DNA of 64,000 nucleotides, from the IMG/VR virus record IMGVR_UViG_3300028833_000094, positions 1-64,000 of that record; one strand, 5' to 3'. Under the pieces are notes generated by a model. That model searched no databases, had not been told where the DNA came from, and saw only the letters and a list, made by a program, of their open reading frames with translations. Of this stretch, positions 8,734-19,098 are shown one piece after another. How positions within the stretch are numbered: the first letter of the stretch is position 1; each line of letters starts with the position of its first letter. This stretch comes from a virus. Taxonomy: Duplodnaviria > Caudoviricetes. The position numbers and the translations under genes were made by a program.

Positions 8734-9319
8734 CCATTCCCATAATTGTTAGAACACAATAATTAGCCATATCCATCAGGGTATCTCTCATAGACTCATT
8801 GACCTGCATTTTCTCTCCTTTTACCAGTTGCTTAAGCCTCTGCATCTTATCATTAATCCTTGCCACAGCAGGAACAAGGCCAAATTCCTTGATAGTATCA
8901 GAGAAACTGTTGCCATAGTCATGATTCTTCTTATTATAAAGCTCTTGCATTTCTTGGAGAATATCCTCAAATGAAACAGTATTAGAATCAGGAGATACAT
9001 TTTCCTTAGCTGTTTCAGCACCATAAGACTGCTTATATATTGTAGTCCAATCTTTGAAGGTATTGAAAGCTTCATCATCTGAAGGAACTAATACTTGCAT
9101 AAACTTTTTAGATTCTATTTTCATCGAGCCCTCTCGAATTGTATTAATAAACAGATTATTAACAATATTACGAGCTTGCTCTTTTAAATCTACGTCCTCA
9201 ATATCTTCTACATAATGGGCTAATAAATACTGCAACTGAAGAATAACAATTCTTCTGTTTTTTGTTCCTGCAGCAACGACAGAGTCATTGCCTACTGTAG
9301 AGTCAGTCTTCTTGCTCAT
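8726..9319 (-). CDS. DUF1599 / nucleotide-modification-associated domain 1 protein
   Basis: KNHDYGNSF...RINDKMQRL...ESMRDTLMDMANY. Confidence 0.75.
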   Translation of the reverse strand: MSKKTDSTVGNDSVVAAGTKNRRIVILQLQYLLAHYVEDIEDVDLKEQARNIVNNLFINTIREGSMKIESKKFMQVLVPSDDEAFNTFKDWTTIYKQSYGAETAKENVSPDSNTVSFEDILQEMQELYNKKNHDYGNSFSDTIKEFGLVPAVARINDKMQRLKQLVKGEKMQVNESMRDTLMDMANYCVLTIMGMDG

Positions 9320-9746
9320 TATTCTGCTCTGTTAGGTACTCATATTCTACTTGCTTGATGCCTTCAATCTGCATATCATAGCCCTGATGAGCTAACTGCT
9401 GAGCTCTCTGGTTAGCTTGAGAGAGGTCATTGGCCCATAGAAGGACTTTGTATCTCATGGATTTTTCATTACCATTATCATCATGGAAGATATCTCTAAG
9501 AGTAGCAATGAAGGTGAAGGCACTACCAGGCATTGTATCCTCACAGATTTCCTTAATAGGAGATTGTCTCAGAGATATAATCTCTGAAGAATCAACAGTA
9601 CCTAACTCCTGTTCATTGGCAAGACTGGACATTACTGCATACTCTGCCTCTGCATAGAGTTCCTTATCAATCAGGTAAGTCTCTGTCCTTTTTCTAAGCT
9701 TAGAATCAATGATTCTAGAGACTTTAGCTTTTACTTCTATCAACAT
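9303..9746 (-). CDS. DUF4494-like protein
   Basis: IEVKAK...TETYLID...AEAE pattern with a duplicated C-terminal half. Confidence 0.6.
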   Translation of the reverse strand: MLIEVKAKVSRIIDSKLRKRTETYLIDKELYAEAEYAVMSSLANEQELGTVDSSEIISLRQSPIKEICEDTMPGSAFTFIATLRDIFHDDNGNEKSMRYKVLLWANDLSQANQRAQQLAHQGYDMQIEGIKQVEYEYLTEQNNEQED

Positions 9747-9748
9747 GG

Positions 9749-9997
9749 TTATAACATAGCAACACTACGGCTGCCTTTCATATTTGAATTAATGTAGTTC
9801 TGACGCAATTTAGAGAGTTCCTGGAGAATCTCATCAGATGTCCAGGTCTTATCTATCTCTACAAGAGATGTACCATTGTAGGCAATAAAGAGGGAAGTTC
9901 CAAAGTCGGTCAAGGTGATTACTTCCTTAGACCGTTCCTGAATATCTTCCATCAGTCTTGACTGGGATTTCTCCCTGAGTTTCTTAAAGAATTCCAT
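9749..9997 (-). CDS. Hypothetical protein
   Basis: ORF 9749..10051; ATG at 9997 follows upstream stop. Confidence 0.65.
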   Translation of the reverse strand: MEFFKKLREKSQSRLMEDIQERSKEVITLTDFGTSLFIAYNGTSLVEIDKTWTSDEILQELSKLRQNYINSNMKGSRSVAML

Positions 9998-9998
9998 A

Positions 9999-10385
9999 TT
10001 ATACTGAAATTTCCATGTTACGTTTTGAGGGGAATGACTTGATAAAGTCAACTAACTTATTATATACTTCTACATCACAGTCTCCACTCCTGTCAACAAT
10101 CAGGAGAAGAATAGTTTGTAGGAGGTCACATACATCTGCATAGGATGTTCTCATCTCCTCATTGGCACCTTTCATTACCTTACGAAGATTATAGGCATCC
10201 TTAAGAAAGGCATTCCAGTATTTCTTCTGCTCATACTTAAAGCCTTTGAAACCTGCTTTCTTACGGTAGTCTATCACATCCTGCATCAATGCTTCACAGA
10301 TGTCTGGAAGAGTATAGAGAGTGGTCAGGCGAAGTTCTGCCTGACGCAAGTTCTCTATCTGAGTATCATTTAACTGTATGTCCAT
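9999..10385 (-). CDS. Hypothetical protein
   Basis: 128-aa ORF, packed. Confidence 0.7.
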   Translation of the reverse strand: MDIQLNDTQIENLRQAELRLTTLYTLPDICEALMQDVIDYRKKAGFKGFKYEQKKYWNAFLKDAYNLRKVMKGANEEMRTSYADVCDLLQTILLLIVDRSGDCDVEVYNKLVDFIKSFPSKRNMEISV

Positions 10386-10386
10386 A

Positions 10387-10572
10387 TTACCACGAATCTA
10401 TATCAGATATATCAGTTCTGGTTTCAGGTAAATCCTTTACTTGAACCCAAGTAGAATAACCTATACCACTATGCTTATCCTGAGTAACTTCTACTACTCC
10501 TACTGCAAGATTACCATCACAGTAGTTCTTCAGGGATTCTACTTCATCTTTGGTGAGGAATATCTTTTTCAT
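10387..10572 (-). CDS. Hypothetical protein
   Basis: MKKIFLTKDE...SGIG...DISDIDSW. Confidence 0.6.
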   Translation of the reverse strand: MKKIFLTKDEVESLKNYCDGNLAVGVVEVTQDKHSGIGYSTWVQVKDLPETRTDISDIDSW

Positions 10573-10583
10573 AATTATTAAGT

Positions 10584-12833
10584 TTAATGTATCCAATGGT
10601 CTGAGACAGATGCATCAGAGTCAAGAGTAAGAGTTTTCAAGAATGGCTGTGCTTCATTTTTCATTACTTCCTGTATTTTATTTTTTACCTCTTCAGCCAT
10701 TTCTTCAGGACATTCAACATTTATCTCATCATGTACAGGTATACAAAACTTGACTTTGTTAAAATAGCCTTTATCCACTATCCAGTCAAAGAGTGTTTTA
10801 TTAAATCTCTTAAAGATAATAGCTCCTGTTCCTTGTAAAGGACTGTTACAAGCATTCTTTTCCCATTTGGTTTTTGCTTTAAAATGTCTGGATACTTTCT
10901 TTGCTATTTCATCTCCAGTACCTTTATGATAATTTCTGTATTCTTCCCAGAATTCTTGAGTATAAGATTCTTGAACTTTCTTCCACCATTTCCAATCCCA
11001 CCAGAAAGCCTTATGACCTGTGACAGGAGAGATGAGAATATACCCATTATCCACTACAAATTTCTTTTGCTTATTTTGAAATTGGGCAATACCTGGAAAA
11101 CCTTTCATATAGTTATCATAGATACTTTTTGCAACCTGTGGATCCATTCCATACTGCTGGACTAAGGTACTATCATTGCCTGCATAGGCAAAACAAAACT
11201 CAGGTCCCTTAGCTTCCTGTCTGTAATTAATCCCACCTTTCTTATGATTTTCCTTTGAGAAATCCTTAATATCCTTAATAGGCATATCTCTAGGTATTTC
11301 ATTGGGATAAATCATATAGGCTACTGTAGAATGCATATCTTCTCCTTTTAAGAATACATCTAACATGTGTGTATCTTGAGAAAAGTCTGCCATTAGTACA
11401 GATTCCTGACCACAATAGTCTATAGAAATCCACACATTACCTTTTTCTGCACAGAAAGAAGCCCTTGTGACTTCATCAGAGGGTAGATTCTGAAGCTGTG
11501 GATAAGCACATTTCAGCTTTGTATCCTTTACTTCTTTAGTGACAGGCAATCCTTTGACTTTTGCCAAGGATTCATTCTGCTTTTGGGAGCCACAAGCCAA
11601 TCTACCAGTATCAGTACCTAAAGCCCTGAAGGTAGTGTGAACCCTATCAGTATAAGGATTAATAGCATTCAAATAGTTCTGACCATAGGTACTGCACACC
11701 TTCTGAGATTCTGTATATGCCAGATAGATATCATAGAATTCTGGATTTACATGTCTCTGAGGCTCTAATACAGAAGCATCAATACTATCCTTTTCTTCCT
11801 TTGTTTTCTTGTCTATACCCCTGCAATTAAATCCTAAGGCAGTCAGGAAAGGAATGACTTGTTTATTAGAGTTCCAATTAATATTAGCCTTTGGAGTTGT
11901 ATTCCATCCAAGGAATAAATCTCCTTGAAGGTTAATCTTAAGAAACCTGCTATCACCAAACTCAACTACATATTGATTTAATTTCTCTAAAGCATCTGTC
12001 ATCTTCTTATAGTCATCAGCCATTTTCTTCTGCCATAGGGGTACATTCATGTGAACCCCGCACCATTCATAATAGGCTATAGCAGGTATAAAGAGACATT
12101 CTACTTTTGCTGCATTTGTAAGTCCAAGTTCCCGAAGTCTTTTAGTTTGCATTTGCATAATCCTATAGAGAGGCTTTACATCATTTGCTGCATAAATAAT
12201 GTGCCTTGTTTCTAAATGATGCAGGTCTTGGGTAAATTCTTCCCTAACTTCCTTAGACATTTCTTCTCCCAAATACCTATAGCATAAGGCTTTTAATCCA
12301 GCACCACTGTGTTCATAGATAAAAGCTGCTACATCTGGAATATTTGCATAAAGAAGTTTCTTCTTCATATCTTTCTTTAAATCATTCCAATCAGGTACAC
12401 TATCTGTATATTCACAATAGTGCAGCATCTGCTCTTCTGTACAGCCCACCATAAACTTTGGATAACCCATATATAAAACCTGTTCAGCTGTCATGGTATC
12501 ATAACAATTGCGAAGGATAATATCATGGGCAAATAGGACTTTGCAGTCAAACTTCAAGTTCTGACCAATAATAAAACTATCTCTAATAATTCTATCATAT
12601 ACCTTAATATTAATAGTAGAAGCATCTACTACTATCTGAATAGTCCCTTCAATATTTCCAAATTGGAGCAACAGACACTTATCAATATGCGGATCAAGTC
12701 CTGTTGTCTCAGTATCCAGTAGAATTATATGATTTGTAAACCCTTCTAGAATCCTAAGAGACTCCTCAACAGAGATGATAGTGAAATCATCCCTGTCAAA
12801 GAGTTCCTGTTGAGCTGTGACCAGATAGATCAT
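10584..12833 (-). CDS. polA: DNA polymerase family A with 3'-5' exonuclease
   Basis: Exo I DTETTG, NLKFD, YAAND; motif A DYCGQE, motif B RQEAKGPEF..AY, motif C VHDE; TGRL. Confidence 0.95.
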   Translation of the reverse strand: MIYLVTAQQELFDRDDFTIISVEESLRILEGFTNHIILLDTETTGLDPHIDKCLLLQFGNIEGTIQIVVDASTINIKVYDRIIRDSFIIGQNLKFDCKVLFAHDIILRNCYDTMTAEQVLYMGYPKFMVGCTEEQMLHYCEYTDSVPDWNDLKKDMKKKLLYANIPDVAAFIYEHSGAGLKALCYRYLGEEMSKEVREEFTQDLHHLETRHIIYAANDVKPLYRIMQMQTKRLRELGLTNAAKVECLFIPAIAYYEWCGVHMNVPLWQKKMADDYKKMTDALEKLNQYVVEFGDSRFLKINLQGDLFLGWNTTPKANINWNSNKQVIPFLTALGFNCRGIDKKTKEEKDSIDASVLEPQRHVNPEFYDIYLAYTESQKVCSTYGQNYLNAINPYTDRVHTTFRALGTDTGRLACGSQKQNESLAKVKGLPVTKEVKDTKLKCAYPQLQNLPSDEVTRASFCAEKGNVWISIDYCGQESVLMADFSQDTHMLDVFLKGEDMHSTVAYMIYPNEIPRDMPIKDIKDFSKENHKKGGINYRQEAKGPEFCFAYAGNDSTLVQQYGMDPQVAKSIYDNYMKGFPGIAQFQNKQKKFVVDNGYILISPVTGHKAFWWDWKWWKKVQESYTQEFWEEYRNYHKGTGDEIAKKVSRHFKAKTKWEKNACNSPLQGTGAIIFKRFNKTLFDWIVDKGYFNKVKFCIPVHDEINVECPEEMAEEVKNKIQEVMKNEAQPFLKTLTLDSDASVSDHWIH

Positions 12834-13258
12834 TGCTTATTATAGGCTATGAGATTATTAAAGTCTAATACAATATTATTTTCTCTCAAGAATTTAGAGC
12901 CAAGCATTCCATGCAACTGAATACCATGACACCTGCGCATATTATCAAATGCTTCCTTAAGAGTATCTGAGATAATAAACATTCCTGTAAAGGATTCATT
13001 TTCATGCTGGAAAGTGATGTTACATCCTTCAACATCATATACACCTCCTACACCAGAAAGAGTTCCTTTATATCCAGACTTCTCATGTTCTATCTCAGGA
13101 AGGGCTTCCTTGTTGATTACATTATCATCTGAACCAGTATCAATAATAAAGTTAAGTTCCTTTTCGCCTTGATAGAAAGTTGCAATAGGAATGTTAGGAC
13201 TTGAGAATCCCTTAGCCAGGGAAAATGAAATAAAAGAGTTATGGTTATTCTTTTTCAT
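12830..13258 (-). CDS. Retropepsin-like aspartyl protease
   Basis: FIIDTGS catalytic motif and GMLGSKFL. Confidence 0.85.
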   Translation of the reverse strand: MKKNNHNSFISFSLAKGFSSPNIPIATFYQGEKELNFIIDTGSDDNVINKEALPEIEHEKSGYKGTLSGVGGVYDVEGCNITFQHENESFTGMFIISDTLKEAFDNMRRCHGIQLHGMLGSKFLRENNIVLDFNNLIAYNKQ

Positions 13259-13276
13259 AATAGATTTTAGTTTAAA

Positions 13277-13813
13277 TTATTTTCCTGTACCTTCTCCAAA
13301 ACCACTGCGCTCAGGGTTATTAAGGGAAGATACTGCTTTAAGCTTGACTCCACCAGAGAAGAGCCATTTTAGTTTTTGCAGGAAGGTTGCTTTCTGCGAG
13401 GGCACCACTTTGAACTGGGCAATCCTTGTACCTTTAGGAATGGTGACATCTCTTGTTGCCACAACAGGAAGTTTCCACTCATCCTTATCAGATGCATAGG
13501 TCCTATCTATAATACCCATAGAATTAGTCTGAATGAGTCCCCAGTTCTTAAAGGCAGAGCTTCTTGGAAGGAGATGGCATTCTGTACCTTTTGGCATCTC
13601 CATAGCTACTCCTAAAGGAATGAATGTCCAGTCAAAATCAACATCCCTCATCCTTATTTCAGGAGTCTCTTTCTTCTGGTTATACTTATGAAGCCTGTTT
13701 GCCTGAGGAGCTTTCAGTTTAATCTCTTCTGCCGTGCATAAATCAAACCAGTCTCCAATTTCAAAATCCACAGGAAAGCATCCTTTGGTTTTTTCTAATA
13801 CTTTAATTGTCAT
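13277..13813 (-). CDS. dut: Trimeric dUTPase
   Basis: Motifs FDL, PRSS, GIIDRTY, RIAQF, RSGFGEGTG. Confidence 0.92.
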   Translation of the reverse strand: MTIKVLEKTKGCFPVDFEIGDWFDLCTAEEIKLKAPQANRLHKYNQKKETPEIRMRDVDFDWTFIPLGVAMEMPKGTECHLLPRSSAFKNWGLIQTNSMGIIDRTYASDKDEWKLPVVATRDVTIPKGTRIAQFKVVPSQKATFLQKLKWLFSGGVKLKAVSSLNNPERSGFGEGTGK

Positions 13814-13923
13814 TATTAAGTTATAAATTATAAATATACATGAACAGTTTATAGCCTCCAACTGCTGCTATGAGGATTGCCCAGAACAAGATAATCACAA
13901 ACAGGCATCCACAGCAGCCTGAC

Positions 13924-14400
13924 TCATTTTTTATCTCCATCTTTCCAAAATGTTGAAGTTATGTCTGTAAGCTTATTATCTGGATGAGAGACCTTATACA
14001 GTCTCTGATTGGTAGTAGACTCATTGAGAGGTCCTAAATCCATATCAAATCTTCCTAACTTAAGATAATCTAGATATTCTAGAATTCCTAGATGATTCTT
14101 TGGAAGGATATCTAAGCCACAATACCAGGCTGTCTTGACTCTCTTATGGGCATACATGAAGAGTTCTGTAAGAGTATCTATATCATGCTCTCCACCAAAG
14201 AGACAGACACAAGTAATGCCTTGATGATTCTTGAGCAAAAGCTCAAGACACTGTGGTGTTAGAGGTGTACCTTTATCTTCCCAGAGGTCTCTTGAGTGGC
14301 AGCCAACACATCTCAATCGGCATCCAGAGATAGAGATGCCAAGTGTTATTTCACCTGGCACCTCTTTGAATATCTCCTTATAATAGAGGTATTTTAGCAT
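13924..14400 (-). CDS. nrdG: Anaerobic RNR activase (radical SAM)
   Basis: CRLRCVGCH, FGGE, TTNQR; adjacent to nrdD. Confidence 0.93.
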   Translation of the reverse strand: MLKYLYYKEIFKEVPGEITLGISISGCRLRCVGCHSRDLWEDKGTPLTPQCLELLLKNHQGITCVCLFGGEHDIDTLTELFMYAHKRVKTAWYCGLDILPKNHLGILEYLDYLKLGRFDMDLGPLNESTTNQRLYKVSHPDNKLTDITSTFWKDGDKK

Positions 14401-16691
14401 ACTGTTTCTTTTTTAGCAAAATATCTGTGAGAGCCTTCCTGCTGTCTTGCTTCAGACCATGCTTTGATGGGCCGTAAATAGCCTATAATGCGTGTCCATT
14501 GAGTTACTTTTTCTGAACCACATTCTGGACATTTATCAAATGGATGCTTAGCAATGAAACCACAATCATCACACTGAGTCTGGGGAACATTGAAGGTGAT
14601 ATAGGAATTACCTACCTGTACTGCATACTCAAGAAGCTTCTCATATTGCTCTTTAGAGAGATTATCCTGCAAGTTAAGGTGAGATGCCTGTCCACCATCA
14701 ATGGATTTAGCAATCTGACCACCTTGCATAGCTATCTTATCAAGAATAGAGGTATCATCATGGGCATCATAGATATAGCTATTGTACAGGTTTTCATCAT
14801 CGGGTACCCAATAATTTTCAGATTTATCCCAATTATAGTTCTTAACTCCAAGAGACTCAGCTGGCACAAGTTCCAAATTATACATAAACTTCTTCTCAGA
14901 ATGCTGCTTGTTGTAATCCTTGATTATTCCAAGAATCCAAGAAGCAAAGTCCATATACTCTTTGTTATTGCCTACTGTAAGTCCTAAGAATCTCGCTGCT
15001 TCATTCAAGCCATTAACACCAATGGTACTATAGAGCTTATCAAAAGAAATGTATCCTGCATTAACCTGGGGGAACATTCCTTGCTTTGCCAACTTATATA
15101 GACCTGTCTTATAGGCTTTCTGATAGTCATAGATTCTATCAAGGATGGATGTCAAATACTTATAAAAGAAAGTCCTATTTAAATAACTTAATTTATCTTT
15201 TAAAGGTATATTTCTCTGATAATCAACCCAAGCTTTATCTTCCTCTGTATAGTTCAATGGAGTTATTGAATCTATCTTATCATAATCTTCTTGCTTACTA
15301 GTCCAGAACTCTTTTCGTTGAATAGTACAATACTGTCTGTAAAAATCCTGAACAATTCTGTTGAGATTAAGAGTCATCACATTGCAAGAGCCTGTCTGAA
15401 CACCTGTGAGACCTGTAGTAGATGAGAAAGTATTTTCTGTGATTTCATTCCTTAGTCTACAGCAAGATGAGATACTATCAGCATTCTCTGAGAGATATAC
15501 AAAGAAAGAATCTCCTTCAGCCCATTGAGTAGTGATGAAATCTTTATACTCTTTATCAAGAACATCCTTACCATCAGTAAGAAGGCATACTGTCATAACT
15601 GGGAAAGTCAGAAGAGTCTTGGTTCTTTCTTTATTGAGCCACTTCATATATCTCTTCTGAAGCCAATTAACTGCATCCCAATGAGGCTTGGTTCCATCAG
15701 GGAAGGTGAAATCATCAAACATGGTATGCCAGTAATAGCTGTCAAAGACATTGAAGTTAGTGAAAGGAGACTGATAACCTCTATTGCCAGCTGGCTGATT
15801 GATATAGTGAGTTACTGACTGGAAATACTGGTCAATAATATCTCCTATAGTCCTATACTCAAGAGATGCACCACTGGTTACCATATCAGACTTCTGCCAA
15901 TAGTTCTCTCCCCATTCCTTTTCACAGAAGTAACTGAAGAAATTGAAGAACTCACCATAGGCTCCTGCACCTTTCTTCTGGGCAGAAAGCAGGAATACAA
16001 GATTCTGGAACTGTCCTACAAAAGAACTGAGATGCTTTGGGGCTTTATTCCTTGTACCATCCACACTACTTGTACCATCTACCAATAGAGGATAAAGAGT
16101 GTAGGCAGAACAATAAGGCTTGATACCACCTGTCTCATCATGCTGATAGAAGATGTGATGCTCCAAATCCTTGAGATACTGGTCTCTGTATGGAGAACCT
16201 ATTTCTGCAAGCATTTCCTTCATCCACTGACGCTGAATAATCCTGTTGGTATCCTTATACAACTCTCCTTCCAGAGTAGCCATATTCTTTTTATTAGAAT
16301 TAGCATTATCATCTGTATTAGAGAGATTGGTAGCAGATTCCTTAGACTCAGTGTACTTGTGTATATACTTCAGCTTGTCTGAGATTAGACGGGCTTGCTT
16401 ATGCTGCTCTCTATAGAGCATGTAAGCTTTACCTACAGGAAATTCAATGTGACAAAGAGTATTTTCCACAAAATCCTGAATTTCTTCTACAGCTATTTCA
16501 GAATCTTCTGTGCAATTATTCTTTAACCAAACAGACCACAATCTATCAAACCTTTTCTTATAAGGAGGATTGAAATCATAGTCTGTACCATTGAAATCCT
16601 TACCACAGGCTTTAAAAGCCTTTGCTATAGCACTCTCAATCTTCTTTGGGTTAAACTCCTCTTTGGAGCCATCTCTTTTTATAACCTTCAT
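14394..16691 (-). CDS. nrdD: Class III anaerobic ribonucleoside-triphosphate reductase
   Basis: ATP-cone VIKRDG, SCCRL finger loop, CDDC/CPEC, RIIGYL glycyl-radical motif. Confidence 0.95.
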   Translation of the reverse strand: MKVIKRDGSKEEFNPKKIESAIAKAFKACGKDFNGTDYDFNPPYKKRFDRLWSVWLKNNCTEDSEIAVEEIQDFVENTLCHIEFPVGKAYMLYREQHKQARLISDKLKYIHKYTESKESATNLSNTDDNANSNKKNMATLEGELYKDTNRIIQRQWMKEMLAEIGSPYRDQYLKDLEHHIFYQHDETGGIKPYCSAYTLYPLLVDGTSSVDGTRNKAPKHLSSFVGQFQNLVFLLSAQKKGAGAYGEFFNFFSYFCEKEWGENYWQKSDMVTSGASLEYRTIGDIIDQYFQSVTHYINQPAGNRGYQSPFTNFNVFDSYYWHTMFDDFTFPDGTKPHWDAVNWLQKRYMKWLNKERTKTLLTFPVMTVCLLTDGKDVLDKEYKDFITTQWAEGDSFFVYLSENADSISSCCRLRNEITENTFSSTTGLTGVQTGSCNVMTLNLNRIVQDFYRQYCTIQRKEFWTSKQEDYDKIDSITPLNYTEEDKAWVDYQRNIPLKDKLSYLNRTFFYKYLTSILDRIYDYQKAYKTGLYKLAKQGMFPQVNAGYISFDKLYSTIGVNGLNEAARFLGLTVGNNKEYMDFASWILGIIKDYNKQHSEKKFMYNLELVPAESLGVKNYNWDKSENYWVPDDENLYNSYIYDAHDDTSILDKIAMQGGQIAKSIDGGQASHLNLQDNLSKEQYEKLLEYAVQVGNSYITFNVPQTQCDDCGFIAKHPFDKCPECGSEKVTQWTRIIGYLRPIKAWSEARQQEGSHRYFAKKETVC

Positions 16692-16755
16692 TTCTTCATA
16701 TTGTTAAGCATTAAATTACTGGGGGAATTGTGATGAAATCACAATGTAAAAGACA

Positions 16756-17796
16756 TTACTTCTGATGGAGGCACTTGATGGTATTTACACCTTCCATAGT
16801 GATACCATTGGGGACTTGAGGCTTACAGTCAAGATATCCTTGGAGTTCCTTTCCTATCTCAAAGGGGTCTCTATACTCCTTTCCATTGTCATCTACAAGA
16901 GTTCCTACTGACTTGGTCAATGGGAATTCCCATACCAATGGAGTAAGAGTATTCTTATTGACTACAATGAAACGATAGTTCTCAAAGGAAAAATCCTTGA
17001 AATAATCATCCTTTAAGAGATTAGCACGGATAATTCTCCAATACAGTCTGGCTTGAATCATATAATTCCATTGGCAGAAGCTCTCTTCAAAGTCCCATTC
17101 TGTATGACTGCTGGTCTTCAGGTCTATTGGATAGATAACCTTTCTTTCATAATCAACTACTATCAGGTCACTCATACAACGATAGCCCACACCTTCAAAT
17201 CTGGCAGCAAATTTCAGCTGATAATATCTTCTTACAGGAGAGAGTTCATCATTATCAGCAAAATATCCACAAGTAGCAGGAGATTCTCTCAGTGCATTCA
17301 CCATAGCTACTGCCGTATTGAAGAGTTCACTGGAAATGACAGTCTTATCATTTGCATACTGTATATTATAATACTCTGCTATGTTTCCAGTCTTCAATAC
17401 TTCTGCATATCTCTTCTTATCCCATTTGTCTGCCTGCCAGAAACCTACTGACTTTGCAGTCTGGGAGACTATATCTTCAGGTATCTCCTCAAAAGTTTCA
17501 AACGGTAGACTGAGATTAAGTAGAGCTTTACAAATGTCAAGGCCACTATCTGTGACATTAATATCCAAAACTGTATAAAGACTTTGAAATTCATCTTCTC
17601 CACCTGTAAGAATGGTATCTACTACTGAACCCAGAAGGAGGGAGGGGCTCTCCTTCTTGTCAAACAAGTGTTCAAGCCCATTAAACCCTGTCTTCTCGTA
17701 TGTGCTCAGAGTACTATAGCTTAATTCTGGTCTTTGCCTGTACTCAGGTTCTGAGATTTGAAGGGAAATCTGATTTAATTCCTTCTGGATTTCCAT
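16756..17796 (-). CDS. PD-(D/E)xK exonuclease (RecE/RecB-like)
   Basis: LSYSTL, GSVVD, DLIVVD...IDLKTS, Y.IQA.LY. Confidence 0.85.
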   Translation of the reverse strand: MEIQKELNQISLQISEPEYRQRPELSYSTLSTYEKTGFNGLEHLFDKKESPSLLLGSVVDTILTGGEDEFQSLYTVLDINVTDSGLDICKALLNLSLPFETFEEIPEDIVSQTAKSVGFWQADKWDKKRYAEVLKTGNIAEYYNIQYANDKTVISSELFNTAVAMVNALRESPATCGYFADNDELSPVRRYYQLKFAARFEGVGYRCMSDLIVVDYERKVIYPIDLKTSSHTEWDFEESFCQWNYMIQARLYWRIIRANLLKDDYFKDFSFENYRFIVVNKNTLTPLVWEFPLTKSVGTLVDDNGKEYRDPFEIGKELQGYLDCKPQVPNGITMEGVNTIKCLHQK

Positions 17797-18077
17797 TATG
17801 CCTCATCATTTAAGCATTGAGCATCATATACCTTATATATTCTGCAGAGTTTCTGTAAAGTTTCTACAAAGTCGCCCCATAAGTCTATCTTTTCCTCAAA
17901 TGCATCCTGGGTCCTTTCGTCCCTATTATTGAACAAGAAGTCACACTCTTTGTTAATTTTAGGCAACTCATCATCTACTCTTTTGAGGAATTGCTGTCCC
18001 CAATATAACTTAACACTGTTACTCTCTTTACTGTCATTGCTACTAATTGTTGCTCTGTACTTTCTGATATCAAACAT
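17796..18077 (-). CDS. Hypothetical protein
   Basis: 93-aa ORF, stop/start overlap. Confidence 0.65.
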   Translation of the reverse strand: MFDIRKYRATISSNDSKESNSVKLYWGQQFLKRVDDELPKINKECDFLFNNRDERTQDAFEEKIDLWGDFVETLQKLCRIYKVYDAQCLNDEA

Positions 18078-18108
18078 AATTCTTAAAATTTTAGTTATTA
18101 ATAATAGG

Positions 18109-18699
18109 TTATAATTTTATTTTTACTAATTGCCAGTTGTACCCATACACATACTGAGTCTTTCCTGTAAGAGACCTTAGGATTGCTCCTATAGGCTTTC
18201 CCTTTAAGCCTAAGTTTTGCATTGCCTCTGAGATAGAGTCATACTTCATAGTGATAGAATCACTATTCAAAGAACGGGACTTTGGTTTAGGAGAAACTTC
18301 TATACATAAACCCAGATAAGTAAGGTGAGAGTCAAGAGCCTCAAGAAGATGCTTTCCTGCATCATGTATCTGATGGAAGATCACGTCAGGTTCATTCTCT
18401 GAAAGATACTTGAAAAGGAGTTTCTTCTTGATTTTCCACTCTGGAGTTTCAAAGCCCTTGCATTCAAGCATGATGGGGCCTATAATGAAATCTGGCGTAT
18501 AAGTGACTGATCTCACCTTATCTTTCTGGTATGGGCATCTGAATCCTTCTTGAAGGATGAGTTTCCTTGACTCATATTCAAAGGGTATATGCAAGGCATC
18601 CAGTACCTCAGCAGTCTTTACTTCCAGCTGAGACCTGTACTTTACACCTTTATATTCAAGGCATCTGTTATCCCCAAGATTCTGGATTCTCTCTGTCAT
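18109..18699 (-). CDS. PD-(D/E)xK endonuclease (T7 endo I / DUF1064-like) with C-terminal NUMOD1-like segment
   Basis: YRSQLE, YTPDF, LECKG; C-terminal YDSISEA...YGYNW. Confidence 0.8.
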   Translation of the reverse strand: MTERIQNLGDNRCLEYKGVKYRSQLEVKTAEVLDALHIPFEYESRKLILQEGFRCPYQKDKVRSVTYTPDFIIGPIMLECKGFETPEWKIKKKLLFKYLSENEPDVIFHQIHDAGKHLLEALDSHLTYLGLCIEVSPKPKSRSLNSDSITMKYDSISEAMQNLGLKGKPIGAILRSLTGKTQYVYGYNWQLVKIKL

Positions 18700-19079
18700 T
18701 TCTTCTTCTTGGTAGTTTTGGTTTCCTGAAATACTTCAATCAAAGTTACCAGCTTGTCCATTACCTTGTCAAGGTTACCCAGGACTTTCTTCTGCTGTAC
18801 TTCCAGTTTGTCAACCCTTTCTTCCAAAGCATCAAAGTCTTCTAACAGGGCTTCCAAAGTCTCACAAGGCTCATCCTCAAAGTCAAGAAGCTCATCATCC
18901 TCCACTTCCTGCTCTTCAATAATGCCCATTTCCAAAAGCAATGGAAGAGCAATAGGACTAAACTTCACTTCTCCCTTTACAGTGTGAACACCATGTTTTG
19001 TCTTCTTAGTCATATCCAGTTCAATGGTATCACCAAACTGGATTTCCTCATCAGTCTCTTTTACAAAATACTTTTTCAT
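18696..19079 (-). CDS. Hypothetical protein with coiled-coil C-terminus
   Basis: 127 aa, heptad-like C-terminal half. Confidence 0.7.
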   Translation of the reverse strand: MKKYFVKETDEEIQFGDTIELDMTKKTKHGVHTVKGEVKFSPIALPLLLEMGIIEEQEVEDDELLDFEDEPCETLEALLEDFDALEERVDKLEVQQKKVLGNLDKVMDKLVTLIEVFQETKTTKKKK

Positions 19080-19098
19080 TAAAATCCTTTTTATTAAA

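Noticed and set aside
10584-16691. Inteins or introns in polA or nrdD (both have apparent insertions of about 50 aa)
   Set aside because: Insertions are short and in frame, with no intein C/S...HN ends or homing-endonuclease motifs; terL and dnaB also look uninterrupted.
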